Shown one piece after another: positions 28,238 to 38,830 of a stretch of DNA of 64,000 bases. Made by a program: the position numbers and the translations under genes. The stretch is from an uncultured delta proteobacterium (GTDB lineage: Bacteria > Desulfobacterota > Desulfuromonadia > Geobacterales > DSM-12255): contig CAWBBV010000001.1 of the NCBI GenBank assembly GCA_963787125.1, positions 224,001 to 288,000 of the forward strand, read 5' to 3'. Position 1 is the stretch's first letter. Every line of letters starts with the position of its first letter. The notes beneath the pieces are model-generated. The model was given only the letters and a program-made list of their open reading frames with translations, made no database searches and was not told where the DNA came from.

Positions 28238-29170
28238 TCAGGCGCTGCGGCTGTGCAGCCACTGTACTACGTCCTTACTAACCTCCGTACGCATGCTGTC
28301 ATTGAGGAGTTCGTGGCGACCGCCTTGATACAATCGGCAAGTGACGTCACCTATGCCGGCGTTCCGAAAAGATTCGCATACCTGTAGCACCCCCTTGCCA
28401 TACTTCCCCACAGGATCATTTTCCCCGGAAACGAACAGTATCGGCAGATGACGCGGAATATTAGCGGTATTTACCTTGCCGGTGCTTTCCATGACTCCGG
28501 TGAGGAGGTCGGAGAAAAAGCCGGTAGTCGGCAGAAAGCCGCATTTGGGATCATCAATATAACGGTTCACCTCAACATCGTCGCTGCTCAGCCAGTCAAA
28601 GGCGGTTCTTTGTGGCTTGAAACGGGCGTTAAAGCCGGCGAAAAGCAACCTGGGCACAACAGGAAGCCTCGCTCTCATGCCGTATCTACGCACCAGCACT
28701 TTCGCTAAAACCTTCCCGGCGCTCCCCTGCAGGCCGGGATGCGCGCCGCTGCCGGAAAGGACTACCCCTTTAAGAGCCTGATGTTGCCTTGGCAGGGAAT
28801 TCCTTGCCAGAAACGACCCCATGCTGTGACCAAAGAGAAAAAGCGGCACCCCCGGGTTATCTTCGGCAATTAGCCGCGAAAGCCTCAGGATGTCATCAAC
28901 AGCTGCGTTCCAGCCGTTATTGTCGGCAAAATGGCCAAGGTCCTCAGCAGTAGCCGCGGTACGCCCATGGCCGCGGTGGTCGGCGGCATAGACAAGAAAA
29001 CCTTCCTGCGCAAGGGATTGGGCAAACTGCTCATATCTGCCGGCATGTTCTGCCATGCCGTGCACAATCTGCACTACCCCTCTGGGAATGGTACCCTGTG
29101 AAGGCAGCCACCTGTAGACAAAGACAGCAGAGCCGTCAGTCGAGAGAAAACTGAAGTGCCTGGTTTGCAT
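28238..29170 (-). CDS. Alpha/beta hydrolase, lysophospholipase/monoglyceride lipase family
   Basis: HGMAEH, DHRGHG, GHSMG nucleophile and RHELLN. Confidence 0.92.
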   Translation of the reverse strand: MQTRHFSFLSTDGSAVFVYRWLPSQGTIPRGVVQIVHGMAEHAGRYEQFAQSLAQEGFLVYAADHRGHGRTAATAEDLGHFADNNGWNAAVDDILRLSRLIAEDNPGVPLFLFGHSMGSFLARNSLPRQHQALKGVVLSGSGAHPGLQGSAGKVLAKVLVRRYGMRARLPVVPRLLFAGFNARFKPQRTAFDWLSSDDVEVNRYIDDPKCGFLPTTGFFSDLLTGVMESTGKVNTANIPRHLPILFVSGENDPVGKYGKGVLQVCESFRNAGIGDVTCRLYQGGRHELLNDSMRTEVSKDVVQWLHSRSA

Positions 29171-30257
29171 CAAACGCATTCCCCCTTTCATCGATCATTT
29201 CGATTCTGTTACGACCCCTTCTTTTAGCCAGGTAGAGTGACTGGTCAGCACGGTCAATGGTTTCGGCAATATTCTCCCCTTGAAGATATTCCGTCAGCCC
29301 GATTGAAACCGTAATCCTGAATGTCGGACTGGCCGTCAGCAGTTCGGCTTTTTCAATCCGGTAGCGCAAGCGTTCGCAATATTGCCAGGCGCCGACCGGG
29401 GCTGTATGGGGAAGAACCAGCACGAACTCCTCGCCCCCGTATCGGGCCAGATAATCGGTGCTACGCAGGCCATCACAGGCAATTTTGGCAAAAGATTTCA
29501 AAACTTCATCGCCGCAAAGATGGCCAAGTGTGTCGTTGACGTTTTTAAAGAAATCGATATCCAGCATACAGATGCAGAATGAATGTCCGGCACGATCAAC
29601 ACGGTTTTTCTCATCATCCAGTTTTTCCATCAACCTGCGCCGATTAAAAACCCCGGTCAACTCATCATGACTGGCCATCTGCTTTATGATCTGGAGACTC
29701 TCTTCCAGCTTCCTGCGAATACTGTTGATGTAATTGGCCATCAGCGCAAAAAACGGCAGCATCCCTGAAAAGGCGAGCCACTGAAACACCTCCTGCTTGA
29801 CATAGATATCGCTTTTATTCTGTACCAATAGGGCGACCATGGCGGCATAACCGGTAATTGAAAAGATGACGACAATGAGAAACTGCCCGCTTCTGAGGCG
29901 AAATATCCCGAAGAGGAACACCACCATGAACATGGTCACAAATACCCAGCGGATCTCGTCACAGTTGTACATCATGACCAGAATTATAAAGACGGAGATC
30001 AGCATCTGCGTCATCGTCAGGCTCGGATCGCGCAAGCGGAGATTCAGACCGCTGCGCAGAATCGTATAAAAGACCAGATAAAGCAGGGTAGTGCCCGCAG
30101 CAAACCAGAGGAAAGTGCTGAACTGGAGCAGTCCCATCCTGATGGCAAAACAGAGAATCAAATAAGCTATCAGGTAAAAACCGTACGCCATCAGCGTGCG
30201 GTATAGCCTCAAAACCTGATGCGGATTATCTTTGGGTAAGAGCGTAAAGGTAGCCAT
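29136..30257 (-). CDS. Membrane-bound diguanylate cyclase
   Basis: Several TM helices, DID.FK..ND..GH, RSTD I-site and GGEEF. Confidence 0.95.
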   Translation of the reverse strand: MATFTLLPKDNPHQVLRLYRTLMAYGFYLIAYLILCFAIRMGLLQFSTFLWFAAGTTLLYLVFYTILRSGLNLRLRDPSLTMTQMLISVFIILVMMYNCDEIRWVFVTMFMVVFLFGIFRLRSGQFLIVVIFSITGYAAMVALLVQNKSDIYVKQEVFQWLAFSGMLPFFALMANYINSIRRKLEESLQIIKQMASHDELTGVFNRRRLMEKLDDEKNRVDRAGHSFCICMLDIDFFKNVNDTLGHLCGDEVLKSFAKIACDGLRSTDYLARYGGEEFVLVLPHTAPVGAWQYCERLRYRIEKAELLTASPTFRITVSIGLTEYLQGENIAETIDRADQSLYLAKRRGRNRIEMIDERGNAFDANQALQFSLD

Positions 30258-30277
30258 CTATAGTACCTTTTTAGAAT

Positions 30278-31174
30278 CTAGACTGTTGCCTCTACCAGGT
30301 AAAATTCATTGTAAATCGGTTCCGGTACAATTTTTATCCCTTCGTCGACTTTGAGACGGGCGGCGACGTCCGCTATATAGGCAATCTGCTCATTACCATA
30401 ATTATGCTGGGCAAGCATCGTCCTGACCTCATTAACCGTGCCGCCCCAAAGCAGCGGTTCCCCTTTTTTCGCCACATATTTTGCGGTAAGGAGCAGTTCG
30501 CGACTCGGGATCCGCCCATTGATCTTGGCCGACGGCACCGAGTCGAAAATAAGACTGCTTCCAGGGGCAAAAAGTCTTTTGATTGCGTCAAGTGTGTAGT
30601 GAACTGCCGCCCCTTTCAGGTAGTACGAAACCCCTTCCCAGATAATAAAAGTCGGCTCCGGCTTGATTACTTGCGCCTGCAGCACCTGATTTGCCCAGTC
30701 GTCGTGAAAATCAACCGCGACATACTTGATCCGCCCATTGGTTTTGTTGGCATGTTTTTTAAGGAGTCCCAACTTCCCTTCCTGAGTTCTGGGGTGGTCT
30801 ATTTCGATAAAGTGGACATCCTGATACTCATCCCGGTGCCCGCGGTAATCATAGCCGGCGCCCAGTATCACCACCTGCCTGATGCCGCGTTCATAAGCAG
30901 CCTGAAGACGGTCATCAATATGGCGGTAGCGCAGGGCGACCAGTTCAATAGTGCCGCCATAGCCGGTCAAGCGGTTGGAAATAGCTCGCCCCAGATGATA
31001 GGTAAACGGCTTCAGCCAGGCTCTGGAAAAGAGCGGCTCGCCCCACGCCCACGGCCAGGGGAGCATTTTCAGGGAGAGTTTATCAACCATAATCCTGCTT
31101 GTTACCGGTGCAATGCTTGATAATGCCCGTAAAGCAACCACATCTGCCGCAGTTCTACTCGCCTTGTCTTTCAT
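30278..31174 (-). CDS. SAM-dependent methyltransferase, LCM/O-methyltransferase family
   Basis: ASRTA, QVVILGAGYD.R, EIDHP.TQ..K and WEGVSYYL. Confidence 0.9.
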   Translation of the reverse strand: MKDKASRTAADVVALRALSSIAPVTSRIMVDKLSLKMLPWPWAWGEPLFSRAWLKPFTYHLGRAISNRLTGYGGTIELVALRYRHIDDRLQAAYERGIRQVVILGAGYDYRGHRDEYQDVHFIEIDHPRTQEGKLGLLKKHANKTNGRIKYVAVDFHDDWANQVLQAQVIKPEPTFIIWEGVSYYLKGAAVHYTLDAIKRLFAPGSSLIFDSVPSAKINGRIPSRELLLTAKYVAKKGEPLLWGGTVNEVRTMLAQHNYGNEQIAYIADVAARLKVDEGIKIVPEPIYNEFYLVEATV

Positions 31175-32934
31175 AATGCTCCTTCTTTATTGGACGCTTC
31201 CGGTTTGGGTGCAGGTGGTGCTTTCGCAAACCAGTTGAATGGATTTAAAAGCTTGAAAACCTTGTGAATCGCCTCTTGTTGATGATGCATCATCTCTTGC
31301 ATAACGGTCAGCGGCATCGTGACTTTTACCGAACCCATATAAGTCTCGGTCTTCTGCTCGTAATTCAGGCCGGCATAAGGGTTATAAACCGGCTTGGTAA
31401 AATCAGTCGAATTGAGATTAGCGCTGCCGTTATTCTTGACCTTGTATGAGGTGTTTACCAGATAGCCGGCAGCCAGGTCGACCACCATACCGTTCTTCAA
31501 CTTGATCCCCACACCGGCGCCATAGGAGTCCAGATCCGGCAGGGCGTACAGGAGGTCAAAGAGCGCCCCTTGAGTCGAACTTGTTCGATTCTCATAGCCG
31601 GCCCGCAGCGCCAGCCAATCCAGCAGCTGATACTCAAACCCCACACCCCAGTTCCAGGTGTCTTTGAAATTGCGCTGTACCTGGAGGACATTATCACCAC
31701 CGTTGTAGCCCAGAACTTTGACAAACTGCAGCAGCTGGATTTTCTGGTCAAAAATAATTTTGTCGCTCTTTATTACCGACCAGTTAGCCCAGTGGATATC
31801 CGTAAGAATGCTCAGTTTGCTGAAAGGTTTGACTTTAATCCCGAAATTAACAATCTGCGGATACTCCATGTCCTGAGAAACATGGCCGCTCTGCTGTGGC
31901 GTCGCCTTGTTCGGCAGCCCCAGCATGCCGGAGATCACCTGCAGAGTCGGGGTACTGCCGAACCAGTTAACCATCTTCTGCCAGTCATCGCTGTAGGTCA
32001 GCTTATAGGTGCCTGTCATATGCACTTTGATCGAGCTCTGATAGGACGCGCCGAAAGAGAACCGGTCAGTTGGCTCCCACATCAAGCCAAGGTTATAGGA
32101 AGGAGAAAAGTCATCGCGCATTTTTATCTCTGCCGTGGCAATTCTGTCATAAGGGTTGATTCCGCCGCCGAACCATGGTGGGCGAAAAAACAGCTCCGAA
32201 ATGAGCGGAATCTCCATATCCTTGGTCGCATCCCCAAGGACTCTGGTCATACTCACCATGTCGCTGGGGGAGCGCATCTCGAGATTGGCCCCCATGGCTG
32301 TCTGCCCGAGTCCGACCGACATCCCGACAGAAAAAGTCTTGTTCACCTGATAACTGACTGCGGGTGCGGCATAGATCAGGTGCTGCTGATAAACACCCTG
32401 ACCGCCGAACCGTGCCGGGTCATTATCTTTACCATGAACCAGTCCAACGGCAAACGGCGCGTAATTACCAATGGCGAAAGTCCATTTTGAGCACGGTTCA
32501 CGGTGGGAAAGACCAAGCGATGGCGCCACCAGAAAATCAAGCTCGCCCAAAAACGGGATATACATCCGGCCACTGGTATTGGTCCCTTGAGTTCCTGCCA
32601 CCGGATCCTTTTTATCTTCCCAGCCGGCAAAACCTTTGAAGTCCGGATCTGCTTCAAATTTGGAGGTCTTCTTGACAATCGGAATGGTGATCCCCTGGCT
32701 GAAATAATCGCCATCGCCCAGAAGCGAAAGTCCGGCCGGGTTGTAATGAATCGACATGAGCCCGGGTGGTGAGGCGGTGACGTTGTTGGCTAAAGAGATG
32801 GCTCTGGTGTCGATGGCCAACTGCTCGTGGAAAGCTGCCCGGGAGAGTGCCGGCAGGAGAAAAGTCAAGAAGATTGCCACAAAAATCGGGGTAAAGATCG
32901 GCAGCACAGACTCTGCCTGCCGATCTGCCGCCAT
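31171..32934 (-). CDS. FadL/OmpP1-family outer-membrane channel, FilD/AupA-like (start uncertain)
   Basis: A.SL.N.VTA.PPG...IHYNPAGL N-terminus and D.W.WG.G.EY.....L.LRAGYE. Confidence 0.85.
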   Translation of the reverse strand: MAADRQAESVLPIFTPIFVAIFLTFLLPALSRAAFHEQLAIDTRAISLANNVTASPPGLMSIHYNPAGLSLLGDGDYFSQGITIPIVKKTSKFEADPDFKGFAGWEDKKDPVAGTQGTNTSGRMYIPFLGELDFLVAPSLGLSHREPCSKWTFAIGNYAPFAVGLVHGKDNDPARFGGQGVYQQHLIYAAPAVSYQVNKTFSVGMSVGLGQTAMGANLEMRSPSDMVSMTRVLGDATKDMEIPLISELFFRPPWFGGGINPYDRIATAEIKMRDDFSPSYNLGLMWEPTDRFSFGASYQSSIKVHMTGTYKLTYSDDWQKMVNWFGSTPTLQVISGMLGLPNKATPQQSGHVSQDMEYPQIVNFGIKVKPFSKLSILTDIHWANWSVIKSDKIIFDQKIQLLQFVKVLGYNGGDNVLQVQRNFKDTWNWGVGFEYQLLDWLALRAGYENRTSSTQGALFDLLYALPDLDSYGAGVGIKLKNGMVVDLAAGYLVNTSYKVKNNGSANLNSTDFTKPVYNPYAGLNYEQKTETYMGSVKVTMPLTVMQEMMHHQQEAIHKVFKLLNPFNWFAKAPPAPKPEASNKEGAL

Positions 32935-32989
32935 ACATAAAGGGGGCTTTGGTGAGTGTAAGGCGCTCGACCATAAAATTTTGAGCGCA

Positions 32990-34120
32990 CTAAAATTCAA
33001 ACGGCACCCTGATGGAGAAGGAGAAGTCCGGATCATTGCTGGTGAGGCCAATGCCGAGTTTGAGTGAAACTGTCCGGTTGGGAGTTACCCGCCAGCCGGT
33101 ACCGATGTAGAAGGTTGATGATAGTGAACTGCCGCTGCTGTAGGATGCAGCGTTACTGAAGCGGTACTCGTTGCTGAAGGCGTAGTTTGCCTGGACGCTC
33201 ATATTGAGCGATGCCTTGTAGGAAAGGGCATAGCCGAACCCCATGGCCAGGCCGATACTGCTGCCAGGCTCAACAGTCGTGAGGTTCCGGCCATCGCGCC
33301 AGTTCTGGTTCAGGTCGCGGGCCGCAAAGTTATAGTTATAGCTTAAATTGCCAAAGGCAATCAGCGGATCCATGGTTTTGCTGAGGGAAACGCCGGCGTT
33401 TACCCCGTAAAAGCCGGAACCGGTGGGAAGAGTTTCTTCAGTGTTAATCTCATAGGGGCTGGTGCCAAACGGCAGGGTCAGCCCGCCACTGAAGATCAGT
33501 GCCGGCATATCGCCACCGGCCTTGATCGGCTGCATCTGCATCCCTACAGAGACATCGCCGAAATCGCTGGCATCCTGAGCCCTGTCAGTCCCGACCCGGT
33601 TGTACTTGTAGGCAAACGGGATGCTGGCGTTGACCGAGAAATTATCCTTCAAGCCATATTCAACATAGAACTGGTTGGTAAGGTTGTGATTACTTCTTTT
33701 CTCCACAATAGCGGTATCTTTAATGACGTCGCCGGAAAAATAGGAATAGTTGAAACCGTACTCAATACTGGTTGATCCTTTCTTTAACAGGGTGTACTCC
33801 CGGCCGGCAGCGGAAAGAATCTCCTCCGCCTTCTTCCCTTTCTCCTCCTCGGACACCTCCAACCGCTTGCGCGCACCAGTCTCTTTGCGCAACTTGTCCA
33901 CCTGAAGTTTCAGCTCTTTCAGCTGCTCTTCTATGCCGATCTTGGCGTCGCCCGGCTTAGCTTCAGCCTCGTCGCCGTCAGTATCCTCTGCCGCAGCTGG
34001 CGGCGCTGCGGGAGCAACCGGCTTGGCAGCTTCAGCCTTCTTCTCCGCGCTATGACATTCAGAAAAAGTTACCGTCAGCAGCAGCAGTAATAAACTTGTC
34101 TTAAATACTAAATTCTTCAC
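32990..34120 (-). CDS. Outer-membrane beta-barrel, FilC/FapF-like
   Basis: Signal peptide, coiled coil IEEQLKELKLQVDKLRKE, FGD.S.G, LPTGSGFY and GLT...PDFSFS.RVP.EF with terminal Phe. Confidence 0.85.
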   Translation of the reverse strand: MKNLVFKTSLLLLLLTVTFSECHSAEKKAEAAKPVAPAAPPAAAEDTDGDEAEAKPGDAKIGIEEQLKELKLQVDKLRKETGARKRLEVSEEEKGKKAEEILSAAGREYTLLKKGSTSIEYGFNYSYFSGDVIKDTAIVEKRSNHNLTNQFYVEYGLKDNFSVNASIPFAYKYNRVGTDRAQDASDFGDVSVGMQMQPIKAGGDMPALIFSGGLTLPFGTSPYEINTEETLPTGSGFYGVNAGVSLSKTMDPLIAFGNLSYNYNFAARDLNQNWRDGRNLTTVEPGSSIGLAMGFGYALSYKASLNMSVQANYAFSNEYRFSNAASYSSGSSLSSTFYIGTGWRVTPNRTVSLKLGIGLTSNDPDFSFSIRVPFEF

Positions 34121-34137
34121 CGGTGACTCCTCGCACG

Positions 34138-34884
34138 CTACTTGCCATAGTACTGATACTTGCCAGGGAAATCGTTAATCAGCCGCTCTTCCTTATTGGT
34201 CAGAGCCGGCTGATGATCGAAAATTATCTGCCGCGCCTGGTCTTCATCGATATAACGAAGATCCTCGTCCTTCAGTCTGAGGGCCTTCAGCACGTTGCCA
34301 TCAGCTGCCGGCGAGACCACAAAAATCACGTTCTCGTACCACATCGCCTTGAACTCATCCAGGGTGAAGCTGATATCACCCCGCCACGGATCGGTCAAAA
34401 AAACATGCCCTTTATGAATCCCCTTCAGGACGGCAAAGTGGCGGTAATCAAAGATCTTGATCGGGACGAGACACGGCTTGCCCAGAGTTGTCAGGTCTTC
34501 AATCTCGGCCTTGTAACCGACACCTTCATATCCGAGAGCATTGACGAATTTTTTCATATCAAGGAGCGAGAACGCGCGCAGTTTGTTGATCTGTTCACTA
34601 TCGCCATGTTCCAGCAGCCCCTGGATAACCTGCTTTTCCGTCAGTTTCTCTCCCAGATAAAAATTGAGAAGGGTCGCCAGAGCAGCCGAACCACAGCTGT
34701 AGTCAAACGCCTGCTTGATGAAATGATCCCCCTCGATATCGGAAAAGGGCCGCACATTAACGCGGATTCTCCCCTGCTGACCCGTGCCGACAGTCAGGTT
34801 CATCTCTGCCGGGGGTTGCGGCTTGAGCGGGTGAAACCCGGCAACTAGAGAAATGATTATTACAAAAGCGGCTATGACTACCAT
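34138..34884 (-). CDS. C39-family peptidase, FilB/FapD-like, exported
   Basis: Q.FDYSCGSAALATLL (Cys), RHFAV (His) and DPWRG (Asp). Hydrophobic N-terminus and no ABC domain. Confidence 0.92.
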   Translation of the reverse strand: MVVIAAFVIIISLVAGFHPLKPQPPAEMNLTVGTGQQGRIRVNVRPFSDIEGDHFIKQAFDYSCGSAALATLLNFYLGEKLTEKQVIQGLLEHGDSEQINKLRAFSLLDMKKFVNALGYEGVGYKAEIEDLTTLGKPCLVPIKIFDYRHFAVLKGIHKGHVFLTDPWRGDISFTLDEFKAMWYENVIFVVSPAADGNVLKALRLKDEDLRYIDEDQARQIIFDHQPALTNKEERLINDFPGKYQYYGK

Positions 34885-34908
34885 GAATAGACCTGCCTCC
34901 GAACGCTG

Positions 34909-35916
34909 TTAGTGGCCGGCGAGCCTGATCCAGCCGTTGACGCCGAGCATCAAATGAGAGACGGCGAGTGAGCCGCAAGTGCCGCCACCGGTCAACTGTT
35001 TGTTGTCGGCGATCTTTACATCAGCGTTAAACGAAGTCATCGAGACCCCCAGTGCGCCTTTAGCAAAAGTACTGCTGTCGTTTGTGTTTATCGTGTTGTT
35101 GCGGGAATCGTCGCTGCCAAGACCGATATGCACGTAAGAGACACCTGGACCGAATACTGAAAAGGGGACGGACTGCAGAGTGGTTGCGTCGGAAGCATTT
35201 GTAGCCACATTAATGGTAAGAGGGCCGACTATTTTGAGCGTTGTGATGCTCAATCCGGAGAGACCAAAGTAACCGGCCAGGTCACTCACTCCGTCTTTGT
35301 TTCCTTTTGAGTTGCCCCAGGAGAGAGCATCCAGTTTCAACGACTCGATATTAAGGTCTAAATCCGTGCCTATCCCTGAAGCTTTACTATCTTTTACGGT
35401 AAGGATGTCCACCCTGCTGGCTTTGTTGAAGAGCAACTTCAACCCACCCAGATAAACTGACCCCAGGTTCTGTTCGAGCCGCTTTGAACTGCCGAGTCCC
35501 ACATCAAACTGCAGCTGCTCCATATCTATCGCCAGAGAGCCCATGGAGATCCGCACATAGGTTGTGCCTTCGCCATGGCCGCTTGCATTGGCAGCCCCTT
35601 CAGTGACCACATCAATGGCCATTTTAGTTATTTCCTGGGTCAGCGGATCTTTTGCCGAATAGATTTTTGTATTTTTAGCCGAGAAATTTTTCAGCCCTAC
35701 CCAGCCTTCCGTTGTGCCGCTACCAACCCCCAAACCATCATCATCGCGCCAGTAGGCGGTTTCCAGGGTGATGTCAAAGGTCAAATCCACATCTATCGAC
35801 ATCCCGGCCTGGCCGGTAACCTTGTGTAGGCCGTTATCAGGGATGATATTTTTCGCAAATACTGAAAAAGGTATCAGTAAAATAACAGTGGCTATGGAAA
35901 ATGTTTTTTTCATCAT
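34909..35916 (-). CDS. Secreted DUF6160/FilA-like protein
   Basis: Signal peptide then IPDNGLHKVTGQAGMSID. C-terminus NGWIRLAGH. Clear paralogue of 38831-40309. Confidence 0.82.
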   Translation of the reverse strand: MMKKTFSIATVILLIPFSVFAKNIIPDNGLHKVTGQAGMSIDVDLTFDITLETAYWRDDDGLGVGSGTTEGWVGLKNFSAKNTKIYSAKDPLTQEITKMAIDVVTEGAANASGHGEGTTYVRISMGSLAIDMEQLQFDVGLGSSKRLEQNLGSVYLGGLKLLFNKASRVDILTVKDSKASGIGTDLDLNIESLKLDALSWGNSKGNKDGVSDLAGYFGLSGLSITTLKIVGPLTINVATNASDATTLQSVPFSVFGPGVSYVHIGLGSDDSRNNTINTNDSSTFAKGALGVSMTSFNADVKIADNKQLTGGGTCGSLAVSHLMLGVNGWIRLAGH

Positions 35917-35950
35917 TCAGCCCTCCTGCACTTCACTTACAGAAAACAGA

Positions 35951-37567
35951 TCACTCCTTCAGCTCAACGTCATAGCGGACAAAACCGTTCCCTTCAGCAC
36001 TGATCGCCAGAGTGTGCAGATGGGTGGCATCATCAAAAACAAGACTGGAACCTTTGACAACCGATACCAGCCGCTTGGTCATCTCTTTGCCGTCAACGAC
36101 TACCACCCACTGGCCACCGGCTAAGGCAACATAGGCAAAATGGTGTGAATCGGGAGAGAACGCCGGTGCAGCAACACCGTCGAATACCGGACCTTCCTTG
36201 CCGTTAATAACCACCCGCCACTTGCCGTCTTTTTGTGCCATGTAGGCTAAAGATTTAAAATCAGGGCTGTAGCGCGGTGGAGTCAGTGCATCGTAAAACG
36301 CCCCCTCTACACCGTCCGTGACTACCAGCCATTTGCCGTTTTTTTGCGCCGAGTATGTCAGGTGAGCCGAATCCATGGTAAACTGCGGAGTGGTCACCAT
36401 GTCGTAATTAACTCCATCCTTGCCGTCCAATACCACCAACCATTTCCCCTGCTTTTGGGCTGCGTAGGCCAGGTGTGCCGAGTCCATGCTGTAGATGGGA
36501 ATAGTAACAACGTCATAGCGTGCCCCTTCCTTGCCATCACTTACCATGAAACCCTTGTCGCCCAGTTTCGCTGAATAGGTCGTATGTTTCGAATCAGGGC
36601 TGTAGGAAAGGATGCCTACCTGGTCGTAAAGCGGGCCTTCTTTGCCATCCATAACCATCAGGTTTTTCGAGTCTTTAACAGCCAGGAAGGCGACATGATT
36701 GGAGTCAAGGCTGAAAGACGGAATAGCCACGTCATCGTAAAGCGCACTCTCTTTGCCATCAATAACCATTAGTGACTTGCCGCCTTTCTTGGCGGCATAA
36801 GCAAAATGCTGTGAATCAAGGCTGAAATTGCAGACACCGACGTTGTCATAGACTGGCTGCTCCTTGTCGTTTTCAACAAAAAACATTTTTCCTGCCTGCT
36901 TGACGCCATAGACGAGCCGCACAGAGTCCAGGCTGTAAACCGGCGCAGATATTGCGTCATAGGTTTTACCCTTTTTACCATCCACCACCAGCGCCATCTT
37001 TTTGTTGATTACAGCGACATACACCAGGTGCTTTGAATCGGGGCTGAACATCGGTGTTGACTGATCCTGGATAATCCCGTCATAAGATTTCCCTTTTTTG
37101 TTGTCCACTACCACAGAGCGTTTTTCACCCTTTTTGACCACATAGGCCAGGCGCTTTGAGTCCGGACTGAACAGCGGCGTAGAAACACCATCGAAGCCGT
37201 TACCATCTGCACCGTCAAGGCTTACCCGCCACTGATCACCTTTTTTTGAGCTATGGACAACATGCTTGCCATCGGGACTGAACAGCGGCGTCCCCTTACC
37301 GACGGCTTCAAGAGTCGGCGACACTTTCCCCTCGGTTATGACAACAACACCTTTTTCATTACGTGCCATGAAGGCGACCCGGCTCGAGTTCTGGTTGACT
37401 TGCAGGGACGGGATAAACATGTCCCACTCCTCGGAAAAAGGAATCAGTGGCGTGATCTTTTCGGCAAAGGTTTTTGCCTCCTTGGCACAAGCTAAAGAGC
37501 CCATAAACACCAACGCCGTTAAAGCAGTTACTATGAAAATGAAATGGCATTTATTTCTCGTTCTCAT
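35951..37567 (-). CDS. Exported TolB/PD40-like repeat beta-propeller protein
   Basis: About 12 repeats of ~37 aa: FSPDSKH.AY.AKK.GK..VV.DGKEG..YD.V..P. Confidence 0.85.
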   Translation of the reverse strand: MRTRNKCHFIFIVTALTALVFMGSLACAKEAKTFAEKITPLIPFSEEWDMFIPSLQVNQNSSRVAFMARNEKGVVVITEGKVSPTLEAVGKGTPLFSPDGKHVVHSSKKGDQWRVSLDGADGNGFDGVSTPLFSPDSKRLAYVVKKGEKRSVVVDNKKGKSYDGIIQDQSTPMFSPDSKHLVYVAVINKKMALVVDGKKGKTYDAISAPVYSLDSVRLVYGVKQAGKMFFVENDKEQPVYDNVGVCNFSLDSQHFAYAAKKGGKSLMVIDGKESALYDDVAIPSFSLDSNHVAFLAVKDSKNLMVMDGKEGPLYDQVGILSYSPDSKHTTYSAKLGDKGFMVSDGKEGARYDVVTIPIYSMDSAHLAYAAQKQGKWLVVLDGKDGVNYDMVTTPQFTMDSAHLTYSAQKNGKWLVVTDGVEGAFYDALTPPRYSPDFKSLAYMAQKDGKWRVVINGKEGPVFDGVAAPAFSPDSHHFAYVALAGGQWVVVVDGKEMTKRLVSVVKGSSLVFDDATHLHTLAISAEGNGFVRYDVELKE

Positions 37568-37840
37568 GGTCAGCCCCTTGATTCAATTGATATTTTTTAA
37601 CCGTGCCTGCAATAAATAAGTAACGATTCAAGCTTATTTAAAACATTGTATTACACAATAATGCATCCTAACATGCGCGTCAAGGTTAAATTCATTGCGG
37701 GAGTTTAATTTACACAGGGCTTGCAGCTGAAATTGTTTATGACGCGGCGGGCTATGTATCGGACGCTTGAATGATCGTCAACGCATTTAAACTGGCACTG
37801 GTTGCCACCATGGAACTGCCGGGGCTAAATAATGGTCGTT

Positions 37841-38689
37841 TTATGGCGTCAGGCGCAACTGGAGGCGATGAACATTGATGCCGTCAATGGCCATGGGGCC
37901 AAAACTCGTCGGACCGAAGGCTACATTCTCTACTCTTAGTGAGCCTTGCATCGGCAGGTTTATATATGTTGACGTCACATCGTTCAGTTCGGCGCCAACT
38001 ACAATTGAGGCAGGGTTCGGTTTGTCCGCCGGGTGTTCGCCGATGTGGAAGTTGCCGGTCATTGCCCAACTGGCCGGATCTTCCGGAGCGCCGCTGGCGC
38101 TGCCAAAGAGATGAACGCCACTTAGTGCCAGCGAGTTGGAGCTGTTATAGGCATATTTTAAAACGCCGATGTCCAGGCGCGTCGTGTAGTCAAATTCAAT
38201 TCCTGAACCAGCAATTGGTGCTGAGATTCGCAGGGTGGAAGGGCCTTCGGTCATCGGGCCGATATGGAGGCTGCCCAGCGACTGATCGGCAAATTTAAGC
38301 TCGCTGACGTTATAGTGACGGGGGTAGGTCTTGCTGGAGTCGACGATTGTCAGGGAAGTTCTGCCGGCGGCATCAGTGCTGACATCATAGGTGATTGGAC
38401 TGCTGGTAATAAAGCCATCAGATGTTTTCATGGAAAAAGGGTTGCCGGCGCCATCGTCAATTGTCACGCCGTTGAATTCGAGCCATTTTTTAGTGGGACT
38501 AGTGTCTGCAATTCTGAAACTGTCCATGGCTACCTGGACGGCAAGATCCATATCAATGCTGATTCCGGCCCGACCGGTAACAGTCGAGAGTTCGGTGTCG
38601 GCCAGGGTGCTCATGGCTGCCTCAATGTCGTTCGAAGCAACGAGACAGACGGCGACTATGATCGAGGCGACTGCACCAATACGTTTCAT
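37841..38689 (-). CDS. Secreted DUF6160/FilA-like protein
   Basis: Signal peptide then LADTELSTVTGRAGISID. Beta-rich sequence. Confidence 0.78.
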   Translation of the reverse strand: MKRIGAVASIIVAVCLVASNDIEAAMSTLADTELSTVTGRAGISIDMDLAVQVAMDSFRIADTSPTKKWLEFNGVTIDDGAGNPFSMKTSDGFITSSPITYDVSTDAAGRTSLTIVDSSKTYPRHYNVSELKFADQSLGSLHIGPMTEGPSTLRISAPIAGSGIEFDYTTRLDIGVLKYAYNSSNSLALSGVHLFGSASGAPEDPASWAMTGNFHIGEHPADKPNPASIVVGAELNDVTSTYINLPMQGSLRVENVAFGPTSFGPMAIDGINVHRLQLRLTP

Positions 38690-38752
38690 TGAACCCCCAC
38701 TCCGTGTATTTCTGTTACTGCAACGGCAAGTTTTTATCGATGGATCTAAGGG

Positions 38753-38784
38753 AAAAAGGGGGGAGGCGCCTGCCTCCTCCCCTT
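38753..38784 (-). terminator. Intrinsic terminator after the largest DUF6160-like gene
   Basis: GGGGGGAGGC-GCCT-GCCTCCTCCC hairpin with A5 on the + strand (U5 on minus). Confidence 0.75.
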
Positions 38785-38830
38785 GATTGCATTAAAGAGG
38801 GCCGATAGTCAGACCCGGTTAAATTCCCGT

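Noticed and set aside
37793..37805. TGGCAC-TGG-TTGC sigma54-like site
   Set aside because: Spacing is 3 instead of 5 and it points away from the minus-strand operon.
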